Below are positions 17,637 to 26,968 of a DNA stretch of 34,930 nt, in pieces. The position numbers were made by a program, and so were the translations under genes. This stretch comes from Methanotrichaceae archaeon (lineage in GTDB: Archaea; Halobacteriota; Methanosarcinia; Methanotrichales; Methanotrichaceae). The stretch covers positions 1 to 34,930 of the forward strand of contig CAVWIG010000047.1 of the NCBI GenBank assembly GCA_963754945.1, in the 5' to 3' direction. The notes under the pieces were generated by a model. That model was not told the origin of the DNA. It made no database searches and saw only the letters and a list, made by a program, of their open reading frames with translations. Each line of letters begins with the position of its first letter. Position 1 is the first letter of the stretch.

Positions 17637-19301
17637 TTACATTTTATTTCTCGACATCCACCTGGCGGCTGGCTTTCGATCGCACGCACGGGCGAAGGCC
17701 TCTATCCCTCCTGGTCTGCCAATTATTGCCACAGAATCGCCTTGCCTTAACACCGCATTAATATCTATGCTGGGATTCGCCTGACCATTTCGCTCGATCG
17801 CCACGATCCCGCATCCGAATCTTCCGGGGATATCTAACGAGCCCAAAGTCCTTCTTAAAAGCCCGGATCCCTTATGGACTTTAAAAATCTTGACTACGAG
17901 ATCCTCAAAGAGCATATCAAGCACCTCATCTTCCCCCTGAGCTATCTTGGCAAGCATGTGGCTGGCGATGATGGGCACAGAGGCTACGTAATCGGCTCCC
18001 GCCCGGTAGATCTTCTCTGAGGACTTGATATGGTTAGCTCTAGCAACGATAAAGGTGCTGGGGTTAAGGTTTCTTATGAGCAGAGTAGAGTATATCACAT
18101 CCGGATCTTTGTCCAGCATGACCAGGGTGCCAACTGCATCCTTTATTCCGGCTTGAACCAGAGCCTCTTCTGAAGTTCCATCGCCTATCACGTGATTGAA
18201 AGGCCTCTCTCCCAAGTCTCGCAGATCAATCACTGTAGGGCTGATGCCGCTCTTGTAAATGGCCATGGCAACTTGCCTTCCGACGTCACCGTGTCCTACG
18301 ATTATTATGGGGCCCTCTCTTCGGCTCCCGATGGTGAGATCCTTAATCCTAGATAGCTGATCTTTGTCTCCTACAGCCATGAGCACTGAGTTGAGCTGGA
18401 TTGTGTCTTCTGGTTCTGGGTTGGGCTTGAACACACCCTTTTGCCAGATTCCAACTATGCTCGTTCCTGTTTCCTTTAAATGATCGTGGTTAGGACTCTT
18501 GCCGATCAGCTCACTCCGGGGATAGATAGGCAGCTCTGCCAGCAAAAGATCACCGAAAAGGGGGATCGCTCCAGGAAGTAGCTGCCTTTTGGAAGGAACA
18601 GCTATCTGAGCGATGAAGTTGCCCAGAAGCGTTTTTGGGGAGATTGCTCTTGATGCTCCGGCATAGCTTAGAATCTGGCACCTGGCCAGGTCGTCCACAA
18701 GGGCGATAATCTCGATATCCGAGACATCTCGGACTGCCATTATGGCCTCTGCGTTAAGCTCTTCGGTCTCGTTGGCTATGAACATCCTGGCATGTTCAAG
18801 GTTGACATTGACAAGAACCTCGCGATCTGTTGGGTCGCCCAGAACCGTTGGGTACTTCTGGTATATTCTCCTGGCCATATCTTCAGATCTCTCCAGGATC
18901 AGAAACGGCATCTTTAGCATAGTGAGCCGCTCCGTAAGGCTTTCCACTATAGAATTATATCCGCAAATTATTATGTGGTTGGTCATCTTGGGTGGCGCAG
19001 CAGTTGGAATGACCTTTGCCAGTTTCTCTATTCTTGGGGTAACCTCGAAGGGAAGGACCACGGCCCACAAGATGAACAATCCAGATACGCTGACTACGAT
19101 TGTGAATAAACGCCCTGCACCGCTACGAAAGACTATGTCTCCATAGCCTAGTGTAGTTATGGTTTCTATAACCCAGTAGATAGCGGTGATTGGATCTACG
19201 TTCTGTTTCTGTCCCTCATAGGTCATCAGCCCCATGAATACAAGACTGTAGATCGACGCCAGAGCAAAGAGTGCCAGGCCTAGCTTGACTGAACTGCGCA
19301 A
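17637..19301 (-). CDS. Potassium channel with tandem RCK (TrkA-N/TrkA-C) domains
   Basis: 2TM pore with TTLGYGD filter. Rossmann motifs IIICGY and IIIVGHGDVG, each followed by a TrkA-C-like region. Confidence 0.92.
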   Translation of the reverse strand: MRSSVKLGLALFALASIYSLVFMGLMTYEGQKQNVDPITAIYWVIETITTLGYGDIVFRSGAGRLFTIVVSVSGLFILWAVVLPFEVTPRIEKLAKVIPTAAPPKMTNHIIICGYNSIVESLTERLTMLKMPFLILERSEDMARRIYQKYPTVLGDPTDREVLVNVNLEHARMFIANETEELNAEAIMAVRDVSDIEIIALVDDLARCQILSYAGASRAISPKTLLGNFIAQIAVPSKRQLLPGAIPLFGDLLLAELPIYPRSELIGKSPNHDHLKETGTSIVGIWQKGVFKPNPEPEDTIQLNSVLMAVGDKDQLSRIKDLTIGSRREGPIIIVGHGDVGRQVAMAIYKSGISPTVIDLRDLGERPFNHVIGDGTSEEALVQAGIKDAVGTLVMLDKDPDVIYSTLLIRNLNPSTFIVARANHIKSSEKIYRAGADYVASVPIIASHMLAKIAQGEDEVLDMLFEDLVVKIFKVHKGSGLLRRTLGSLDIPGRFGCGIVAIERNGQANPSIDINAVLRQGDSVAIIGRPGGIEAFARACDRKPAARWMSRNKM

Positions 19302-19335
19302 ACGATGTACCCCATAAATAAGTTGGATCGAGATA

Positions 19336-20100
19336 TTAAATAGGTTCTGGATTTTGCATGATTCTATGAAAACTTCGAGCCTGCCGGTTCACCCACTCCT
19401 GTAAATCGTCATCTCCTACAACTGTCATAGTGGCTCTTCTCCACTTGCCGCAGCTCATTCCAACATCAGAGAAGTTCACGGAATACATCTCGGAGTTGCA
19501 ACATATATCCTGCATAGCATCGACATCGATCATCCGCCACCAGAGAACAGTCCAGCCTGACCTTGTAGCTCTTTCGAGAAGGTCCATGGCTCTTTCAACG
19601 TCTCTTATTTCCAGGTACGGAGGGTCTATCAGAAGAAGCGCAGGCTCGGATCTGTCCATTAAAGACATTACACCCGAAAAACCATCTCCAAGATGAAAAC
19701 AAAACTTATTCGATCCCGGAAGGGTTATGTCATGCCAAGAGGCAGCTACCTCCGGATTTATATCCCAGACGTCAGCTTTCAGGCCAAAGCCGGCTCTTGT
19801 GGCCGCCATCAGCACCAAGACAGCAGAACCAGGATAAATCATCAACCCCGAAGGATTCATATTTTCAAGGACGCCGAAATAGCTGAACTCTTTTAGAACA
19901 TCAATGTGCTTCCAACACTCGCCAATGCCATCCTGCCATTCGCCAGGCTTTTCCAGAGAGTAATTGGGATAACCCACGTGGCTCTCAAGGTAGGCGAGGT
20001 TCTTTTCCTTGGCCAGAAGATATTCTGCTACCTCTGCCAGGATAAAATGCTTCCATACATCTCCTGCGTTGCCTGCATGATTTCTGTGGTTGTAGCGCAT
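19336..20100 (-). CDS. rlmJ: RlmJ-like adenine N6-methyltransferase
   Basis: YNHRNHAGNAGDVWKH (RlmJ YRHSFHAGNHADVLKH pattern), YLESHVG, EWQDGI, YPGS, DGF, LIDPPY. Confidence 0.75.
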   Translation of the reverse strand: MRYNHRNHAGNAGDVWKHFILAEVAEYLLAKEKNLAYLESHVGYPNYSLEKPGEWQDGIGECWKHIDVLKEFSYFGVLENMNPSGLMIYPGSAVLVLMAATRAGFGLKADVWDINPEVAASWHDITLPGSNKFCFHLGDGFSGVMSLMDRSEPALLLIDPPYLEIRDVERAMDLLERATRSGWTVLWWRMIDVDAMQDICCNSEMYSVNFSDVGMSCGKWRRATMTVVGDDDLQEWVNRQARSFHRIMQNPEPI

Positions 20101-20208
20101 TAGTTTCGAAATTAAGTATTGAGATTTATGATGAAATAATTTACGTTCTCTTCGAATGCAAATAATAAAAAAAGAATATTAAATAAAATAGCTGAATTCG
20201 ATCTTTGT

Positions 20209-20673
20209 CTATTTGTTTAGGTACATACCCTTGGCGATATTGAATGTCTGAGACGGGGTCGCCATAACCATTCTCTGGGAATCCTCTGATGATGGCTGGG
20301 AGACAGCTGCAGTTACTGCTGCAGTCTTCAAGAGGCTCTTGTCCACCTCATTAGTCAGCCACCTGGCTCCACCTATGCCTATCAATATCGCGCCTGCTAC
20401 GGATGATAAGGTGAGGTTCAGCTCACTCATGCCTACGCCGCTTGAACCACTAAAAATGAGCGCTCCGCTGTACGAGCCGTAAAGCCCCCAGGAGATGAAG
20501 GCTGCAACAGCCCCTACAAGAACGTTACCTGCAATGCCCGGCCTCACGATACAGACGTTATCGACGGTCTCTTCACGAGGCACGACGAATCCATTATCGC
20601 TGATTATGGCATTGATAACGCCTCCAACAGCTCCCCCCAAAAGAACAATTCCCAACGGTATCCATAATGGCAT
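20209..20673 (-). CDS. Small Gly-rich 3-TM membrane protein (DUF4257-like)
   Basis: AGGAG SD. GGAVGG, GNVLVGAVAAF and GAILIGIGGARWL hydrophobic segments. Confidence 0.7.
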   Translation of the reverse strand: MPLWIPLGIVLLGGAVGGVINAIISDNGFVVPREETVDNVCIVRPGIAGNVLVGAVAAFISWGLYGSYSGALIFSGSSGVGMSELNLTLSSVAGAILIGIGGARWLTNEVDKSLLKTAAVTAAVSQPSSEDSQRMVMATPSQTFNIAKGMYLNK

Positions 20674-20929
20674 AGTCTCTCCTTTTCTTGGAACAGATCA
20701 GTCCGGCTCAGAGCTAAGAGGGCTCTGCTGGAACGCCGAACAAATCGATCCGATTATTTTCATTATAACTTTTCTTATTCTGAAATAGCTTTAATACTAT
20801 TTTAACTTTGTGTAATGATTAAAATGGACCGCTAAAAAGCTTTAGTACCACGAATGATAATTATAAGTATATTCTAAATGTTTGAAAACAAATGACCTTT
20901 CATGATAAGTGCAAAAAAAACGTGACTTA

Positions 20930-20971
20930 ATTTAGGTTGACCGAAATGATTATATTTAGGTTGACCTTAAT
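20930..20971. promoter_or_regulatory. Two tandem DtxR-family operator palindromes flanking a TATA-like box
   Basis: ATTTAGGTTGACCGAAAT (20930-20947) and ATTTAGGTTGACCTTAAT (20954-20971), 24 bp apart and both near-palindromic. TTATAT at 20950-20955. Confidence 0.75.
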
Positions 20972-20984
20972 GTCCTCGTAGAAT

Positions 20985-21692
20985 ATGCCCAAGGAACAGA
21001 TAGAGGAGTACGTCGAAGCCATCTTCGATATAGCCGGAGAGAAAGGCACAGCCAAGACCACCGAAGTTGCAAATAAGCTTAAAATCGCCCCAGCCAGCGT
21101 GACTGAGGTGTTCCAGAACATGGCCCGCAACGGCCTCGTCCAGTACGAGCCCTACAAAGGGGTCTCCCTAACAACGAGAGGGGTTGAGGCCGCGAAGAAG
21201 ATCAAGAGAAAACACAGGCTTCTCGAGGTATTCTTGGCGAAGATCCTTCACATAGCTCCTGAGAAGGTCCACGAGGAGGCTTGCAAGATGGAGCACTCCA
21301 TCTCCGATGAGGTCGGGGACGCCATATGCAGGCAGCTTGATGCCCCGGCCAGATGTCCTGACGGCAAACTGATATACCCCTGCGAAAAGGGTATTGAGAC
21401 CTGCAACCAGTGCAAAGAAGCATTAGAAAAAGATGTATCAGTTGGCCAAAGAAAAATTTTGCCTATTACCGACATGAAGCCCTGTCAGAAGGGAACAATC
21501 GCTTTTCTTCGAGGGAGCCGTAAGGTCATTCAGAGGCTTTCAGACCTTGGGCTTACTCCAGGAACGGAGGTTACACTAATGAGAAAGACTCCTCTCTTTG
21601 GGCCCATCGAGCTGTCGGTCAGGAGAACGTCCCTGGCAGTGGGACATGATATCGCTGACAACATCTTCGTCGAGGCTGCGAGGGGAGACTGA
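20985..21692 (+). CDS. DtxR/IdeR-family metal-dependent repressor with a C-terminal FeoA domain
   Basis: EEYVEAI, APASVTE (HTH), HRLLEVFL, EACKMEH metal site, QRLSDLGLTPG...GPI FeoA motif. Confidence 0.93.
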   Translation: MPKEQIEEYVEAIFDIAGEKGTAKTTEVANKLKIAPASVTEVFQNMARNGLVQYEPYKGVSLTTRGVEAAKKIKRKHRLLEVFLAKILHIAPEKVHEEACKMEHSISDEVGDAICRQLDAPARCPDGKLIYPCEKGIETCNQCKEALEKDVSVGQRKILPITDMKPCQKGTIAFLRGSRKVIQRLSDLGLTPGTEVTLMRKTPLFGPIELSVRRTSLAVGHDIADNIFVEAARGD

Positions 21693-21693
21693 A

Positions 21694-23658
21694 ATGATTG
21701 TCTGCCCGAGCTGTCCCCTGTCTAAGAAATTGAAGGGAAATGCAGATCTCATCGTGGCTTTAGCTGGCAATGCTAATGTTGGGAAGAGCGCAGTATTCAA
21801 CCAGTTGACTGGAGTTGACCAGATAATAGGCAACTGGCCGGGAAAGACCGTCGAACGCGCAGAGGGGATGCTGCATCATGAAGGACGAAAGATCAAGATA
21901 ATAGACTTGCCAGGGATCTACTCCTTCTCCACTTATTCAATGGAGGAGCTTGTATCCAGGGATTTCATAGCCCTGGAGAAGCCGGAAATAGTGGTCAACG
22001 TCGTGGATGCAACGGCTCTTGAGAGAAATCTGTTCTTCACTATCCAGCTTCTGGAATTAAATGCACCCGTGATAATCGCATTGAACCAGATCGATCTCAT
22101 GGAGAAGAAGGGCATCTCCATAGACTACGAGAAGCTGGAAGATCTCCTGGGAGCCCCGGTTGTTCCTACTGTTGCCATAAAAGGAAAGGGCATTTCTGAG
22201 CTGACCGAACAGATAGTGAAGTTGGCAGATCGTAGAAGAACTCCTCCAGAGATCAAATACGGAAGAGAGGTTGAGCAGAGGATAGAGGTGCTTGCGTCTC
22301 TACTAGAAAAAGTTGAGACCGACTATCCTCACAGATGGCTTGCCATAAAGCTTCTGGAAAGAGACGAGGAGATCACGAGGCTCATTGAGCGGCTTGACAA
22401 GAACATCGTTCAGGCTGCATGGGATCTGGCAGAGGAGATCGAGAGGATACATGGCGAGCCCAGCAGCGTGGTCATAAGTGCCGAACGCTACAAAATTGCG
22501 GATGAGATCGCAAGAACAGTCCAGAAGATCCGCACCGAGGAAGAAACGCTCACAGATAAGCTAGACAGAATTGCCCTGCATCCAATCCTCGGTTATTTGG
22601 GGATAGTTGGCGTCATAGGCGGCCTTTTGGTATGGACATTTGTTGTTGGGTCCTGGATTTCAGGAGTTTTGTCCGATGCGTTCAGTTTCATCGGGCAGTA
22701 CGAACCTGTGGTCTCAGGTCCGCTCGGAAATATTATCTGGAATGGTGCCTTCACGGGCTTTGTCGCGGGCGTAACCCTGGTTATACCATATGTGTTGCCG
22801 TTCTACATAGTATTAGCAGCGATCGAGGACTCGGGCTACTTAACCCGAATATCTCTCATGCTCGATAAGGGAATGCATAAGCTTGGACTGCACGGCAAGG
22901 CGATAATTCCCATGATCCTGGGTTACGGATGCAACGTGCCCGCATGCTTCTCATGCAGAATTATGGAGACTCCAAAGCAAAAGCTGGTAGCAGCGTTCCT
23001 GGTCACCCTGGTCCCCTGCACTGCAAGAACAGTTGTGATCCTTGGGCTGGTAGCAAAATTCGTCAGCATCTGGTGGGCCCTTGCGCTGTACGTCTTCGAT
23101 ATAATCCTCATACTAATTCTGGGAAGGATCGCGTTCAAAGTCGTGCCTGGAGAGTCGGTCGGCCTCATAATGGAGATGCCTAACTATCATGTGCCATCTG
23201 CAAAAGTCGTTCTGAAGCAGACATGGGCCCGAACGAAGTCGCTACTATGGATAGTCTTCCCGGCGTACATCATAGGCAGTGCCGTGCTTCAGGCAGTTTA
23301 CGCTGCAGGATTGCTGAACCCTGTTAACAATGTCCTGAGCCCAGTTACAGTGGGATGGCTCGGGCTGCCGGTTGCGGCGGGCATCCTCTTGATCTTCGGG
23401 ATAGTGAGAAAAGAGTTGACCATACTGATGCTGGCGGTAATATTCCAGACGACCAACTTTGCATCCATAATGTCTCCGGTGCAGCTGATAGTCCTGGCGC
23501 TTGTGACAATGATTTACGTCCCCTGCCTAGCCCTTATCCTCTGCCTTGCCAAAGAGTTCGGCTGGAAGAAGGCTTCCGGCATCACAGTTTTTGAGGTGAC
23601 GTTTGCGATCTTCCTCGGTGGGATTGTGTTCCGAATGCTGAGTTTGATTTTTAAGTGA
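21694..23658 (+). CDS. feoB: Ferrous iron transport protein B
   Basis: GNANVGKS, GNWPGKTVE, DLPGIYS, NQID, EDSGYL, GYGCNVPA, VPCTAR. Likely ATG at 21694, just after the repressor stop. Confidence 0.96.
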   Translation: MIVCPSCPLSKKLKGNADLIVALAGNANVGKSAVFNQLTGVDQIIGNWPGKTVERAEGMLHHEGRKIKIIDLPGIYSFSTYSMEELVSRDFIALEKPEIVVNVVDATALERNLFFTIQLLELNAPVIIALNQIDLMEKKGISIDYEKLEDLLGAPVVPTVAIKGKGISELTEQIVKLADRRRTPPEIKYGREVEQRIEVLASLLEKVETDYPHRWLAIKLLERDEEITRLIERLDKNIVQAAWDLAEEIERIHGEPSSVVISAERYKIADEIARTVQKIRTEEETLTDKLDRIALHPILGYLGIVGVIGGLLVWTFVVGSWISGVLSDAFSFIGQYEPVVSGPLGNIIWNGAFTGFVAGVTLVIPYVLPFYIVLAAIEDSGYLTRISLMLDKGMHKLGLHGKAIIPMILGYGCNVPACFSCRIMETPKQKLVAAFLVTLVPCTARTVVILGLVAKFVSIWWALALYVFDIILILILGRIAFKVVPGESVGLIMEMPNYHVPSAKVVLKQTWARTKSLLWIVFPAYIIGSAVLQAVYAAGLLNPVNNVLSPVTVGWLGLPVAAGILLIFGIVRKELTILMLAVIFQTTNFASIMSPVQLIVLALVTMIYVPCLALILCLAKEFGWKKASGITVFEVTFAIFLGGIVFRMLSLIFK

Positions 23659-24240
23659 ATACCCCGCAGCTTGCTGCGGGGATGAGCATGAAAACCGACT
23701 TAAGGGTAGTTGCATATTCGGCTTATGGTTAAATTAGGAAGGGCGAATCATTGCGTGTACAAAATTAGGTATCACATGGTTCTATGTATAAAGTATAGAA
23801 AGAAATTACTTTCTGGAAATAATAAGATTGAATATTTCAAGTATATTTGCTCAGAATTGGGAGAACGATATCAATTTGTATTTGATGCCATTGGGACTGA
23901 TGGAGATCACATACATATTTTCGTTGGAGCAGCTCCAAAGCATTCGCCATCAAGGATTATGCAAATAATAAAAAGCATAACCGCAAGAGAAATTTTCAAA
24001 AGATTTCCTGAAATCAAAAAAGCACTTTGGGGCAGCGAATTTTGGAGCGATGGGGGATATATTGGGACGGTAGGTGATGGGATATTATCGGACATAATTC
24101 GCAATTATGTCGAAATGCAAGGAACAACGGAAGAAAAAGAAGGATTTATGCAAATGAGTTTGCTTGAATTCGATTAACTTGGCGGCGGCGGGAACATGCC
24201 CCGCCTGCTTGCAGCGGGGTCCGCCGCCGCAACGTTTGAC
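23659..24240 (+). mobile_element. IS200-type element (TnpA only)
   Basis: Left hairpin CCCCGCAGC-TT-GCTGCGGGG (23662-23681) and related right hairpin CCCCGCCTGC-TT-GCAGCGGGG (24199-24219). No tnpB. Exact ends are approximate. Confidence 0.85.
23725..24177 (+). CDS. tnpA: IS200/IS605 Y1 (HUH) transposase
   Basis: YHMVLCIKYRK, DHIHIFV (HUH), LWGSEFWSDG, IRNYVEMQ (catalytic Tyr). Alternative TTG start at 23710. Confidence 0.94.
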   Translation: MVKLGRANHCVYKIRYHMVLCIKYRKKLLSGNNKIEYFKYICSELGERYQFVFDAIGTDGDHIHIFVGAAPKHSPSRIMQIIKSITAREIFKRFPEIKKALWGSEFWSDGGYIGTVGDGILSDIIRNYVEMQGTTEEKEGFMQMSLLEFD

Positions 24241-24284
24241 TATGTAAGTCGGGCGGAACGCCCATCTACAGCATTGATTATTCT

Positions 24285-25058
24285 TCACTCATCGGCATTT
24301 TCGTCCTTTCCGCTGCGAACGAACCTATCCCCATCTCGCTTAAGCTCGCTGACCATCTTCCCGTCAACGATCCTGAGGATCCTGTCCGTCTTCTTCGCCA
24401 TGACAATGTCGTGGGTGACCAAAATGAATGTCTGGTTCGTCTTGCGATTGAGTTCCCTAAGCAGTTCGTATATCCGGTTGGAGCTTTTTGTGTCCAGGTT
24501 TCCGGTAAGCTCATCCCCAATGACAACCGATGGCCGGTTCACAAGCGCCCTCGCCACAGCAACGCGCTGGTTCTGGCCTCCCGAAAGCTGGTTGGGCTTG
24601 TTATCCAGCCTGTCCCCCAGGCCGACGTCATCCAGAAGCGCCTTAGCCCGATCCCTTGCTACGGTCTTGTTTTCGCCTGCAATCAACATGGGCATCATGA
24701 CATTCTCAAGGGCTGTGAACTCCGGTATGAGATGGTGATACTGGAAGACGAAACCCAGCTCCTTGTTCCGGAGTCTGGCACGTTCGTTTGGACTGATCTT
24801 AGTGACGTCCGTCCCTTTGAGCGTGATCTGACCGCTGGTAGGTGTGTCCAGCAGGCCGATCATATTAAGAAGAGTGCTCTTTCCGCTGCCGCTTGGCCCA
24901 ACGATTGCCAGGAACTCGCCGCTTCTTATATTGAGGTTGATGTTGTCGAGGGCCACGACGTCCACTCCGCCTTTGTAGACCTTCATCAAGTCCCTGATTG
25001 CGATTATGTCGCTGTTTTCGACTTCGATTTCTTCAGTGTTGCCGCCAGTGTCGCTCAT
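24285..25058 (-). CDS. ABC transporter ATP-binding protein (LolD/MacB-like)
   Basis: GPSGSGKS, GFVFQ, LSGGQNQRVAVARAL, IGDELTGNLD, VTHD. Start uncertain (25058 or 25115). Confidence 0.92.
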   Translation of the reverse strand: MSDTGGNTEEIEVENSDIIAIRDLMKVYKGGVDVVALDNINLNIRSGEFLAIVGPSGSGKSTLLNMIGLLDTPTSGQITLKGTDVTKISPNERARLRNKELGFVFQYHHLIPEFTALENVMMPMLIAGENKTVARDRAKALLDDVGLGDRLDNKPNQLSGGQNQRVAVARALVNRPSVVIGDELTGNLDTKSSNRIYELLRELNRKTNQTFILVTHDIVMAKKTDRILRIVDGKMVSELKRDGDRFVRSGKDENADE

Positions 25059-25451
25059 TCTTATCGCACCCTGCGCCTTTAGTCCGCCAATCGCTTTCTT
25101 GCTCGGCATCGCCATTATGAGACCAGAACAGATAAGTTCCCTTCGTTCTGATTCCGAGCGGTTGGGGTTATGGATGCCTTCGTCATCTCTTGACCTGTCT
25201 TGACAACAGTTCGTACAATCTAATGAATATAAAAAGTGGCAGGATTAAAGAATGAAACCCAACTCGTCTTCTCTTTGTTTCTCGTAAAATGGGAGATTTC
25301 ACGCATTAGTATAAGTAAGTCTTACTAGAGCAAATCAATCTAGCTTAATCTTCTCTGGAGTCTTCGTATTGTTGTCTCAAGGGGCGAGTCTTCCAGGAGT
25401 CTCTCAATTTCAATCAAAAGCTTTTAATAAATTGTGATACAGTGATTAGCC

Positions 25452-26111
25452 ATGTCACCGAGATTCTTCTCGAAAAGCGAAGCAGTTTTATTCGGATGGA
25501 ATACTCTGAAGAAAAACTTCGGTTTCTTCCTGGGAATGCTGGCAATTATCGTAGCGGTCAACCTTCTAGTCGGCTTGGTAATGTCTTCATTCTCTGAGGA
25601 AGCACCAGAATTGCTGGTTATTGCAGTGAGCGTCATATCCTGGATTTTGGATTTGCTCATCAGCATGGGCGTCATTAAGATCTCCCTGAAGTTCTGCGAC
25701 CAGGAGAAGGCAACTTATCGTGATCTTTTCTCAGCTTATCGACTTCTGCTCAATTACCTGGTCGGATCGCTAGTCTACGGAATAATGGTGGCCATTGGGT
25801 TCGTCTTCCTAATCGTCCCCGGCATTTACCTGGCGGTCAAATATCAGTTTTACGACTACCTGATCATAGACAAGGGCATGGGACCTATTGAAGCCATCAA
25901 AAGAAGCGGAGTCCTGACAGAAGGCGTGAAGCAGAATCTGGTGCTGTTCTGGTTGGCTCTTGTTGGGATTAACATCCTGGGAATGATAGCCTTGGGAGTA
26001 GGGTTGATCGCAACTGTACCTGTTTCGTGGTTGGCCAACGCCTATGTCTATCGCAGGCTGCAGCTTCAGGCCGAGAATGATCGGGCCATTCCTCTAGCTG
26101 GCCTGGATTAG
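25452..26111 (+). CDS. Integral membrane protein (DUF975/YciC-like)
   Basis: Multiple TM helices; FLIVPGIYL, GPIEAIKRS, LGVGLIATVP...AYVYRRL. TTTTAATA TATA-like box about 25 nt upstream. Confidence 0.8.
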   Translation: MSPRFFSKSEAVLFGWNTLKKNFGFFLGMLAIIVAVNLLVGLVMSSFSEEAPELLVIAVSVISWILDLLISMGVIKISLKFCDQEKATYRDLFSAYRLLLNYLVGSLVYGIMVAIGFVFLIVPGIYLAVKYQFYDYLIIDKGMGPIEAIKRSGVLTEGVKQNLVLFWLALVGINILGMIALGVGLIATVPVSWLANAYVYRRLQLQAENDRAIPLAGLD

Positions 26112-26275
26112 ACTGACTAACTTTCCAGCAGGTGGCTCAACTATACACATCTGCTCCATTCGGTTTGATGGATGGCAGATGCACTTTTCTACTTTTGTCC
26201 GGATCGGTCACTATCAACAGATAGGACAGAGTTGATTGTGTAGAGTTGATTGGAATAAGTTCTTGAATAAAGCCA

Positions 26276-26854
26276 ATGCTTGATTATCCGATGATCTCCA
26301 GAATATACATCTCTCATGCCGAGCAGGACGAAGAACTGGCTCAAGAGCTCTCCAGGGCTCTGTGGAGAGTGGGGCTGGAGAGCTATGCTGCAATGTACAA
26401 GCTCAGCCCGGGTATATCCAGGGCAGAGCGGGTGTCTTTTGGAATTCGCAACTCTGATTGCCTGGTAGCCCTGCTGACCAAGGACGGCTCGGCCTCAGCC
26501 ACAGTGTGCCAGGAGATAGGCCTGGCCAGGGGCATTGATCTGCTAGTTATACCACTGTTGGAAGAAGATGCCTATTTGCCTTTTCTTATAGAGCATCTAA
26601 AGCCTATCGTCTTCTCCAGGCCTGAAATCAGCGACGCAATAGGGAAGCTGATAAGAACGCTCCGTGATTTGAGCAGTTTAGACTGGCTGAAGGTGACCTG
26701 TCCGAAATGCGGGGAGGAGATGACCCAGTACCTGACTCCTCAGGAAGATGTCGACGAGGCCCTACAGAAAGGCTCCTGTCTGGAGACGATCTGCAGCTAC
26801 TGCCAGAACAAGGTATCCTTGGACCCCAGGACCTTTGCACCGCTGCCAAAATGA
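26276..26854 (+). CDS. TIR domain protein with a C-terminal zinc ribbon
   Basis: IYISHA..D, SDCLVALLT, VCQEIGLA (catalytic Glu), VIPLL, then CPKC...CSYC. Alternative start at 26291. Confidence 0.85.
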   Translation: MLDYPMISRIYISHAEQDEELAQELSRALWRVGLESYAAMYKLSPGISRAERVSFGIRNSDCLVALLTKDGSASATVCQEIGLARGIDLLVIPLLEEDAYLPFLIEHLKPIVFSRPEISDAIGKLIRTLRDLSSLDWLKVTCPKCGEEMTQYLTPQEDVDEALQKGSCLETICSYCQNKVSLDPRTFAPLPK

Positions 26855-26968
26855 AGTCGCTCAATAGAGCTTACGAACTGAAGTTCGTATTTTGAAGGCC
26901 TTAACCGCCTCATTAGACCTCACTAGACAGAGGCTTAAATAATTTCAAGTGGAATCTCATAGATCGCA

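Noticed and set aside
20702-20732. Hairpin in the leader of the 154-aa membrane protein
   Set aside because: Only a 6-bp solid core and no recognisable riboswitch consensus.
21598-21693. N-terminal extension of FeoB given by the ORF track
   Set aside because: Overlaps the repressor's FeoA domain; ATG 21694 after GAGGGG is a better start.
24196-25082. Plus-strand ORFs of 180 and 223 aa
   Set aside because: Antisense shadows of the ABC ATPase with no motifs of their own.
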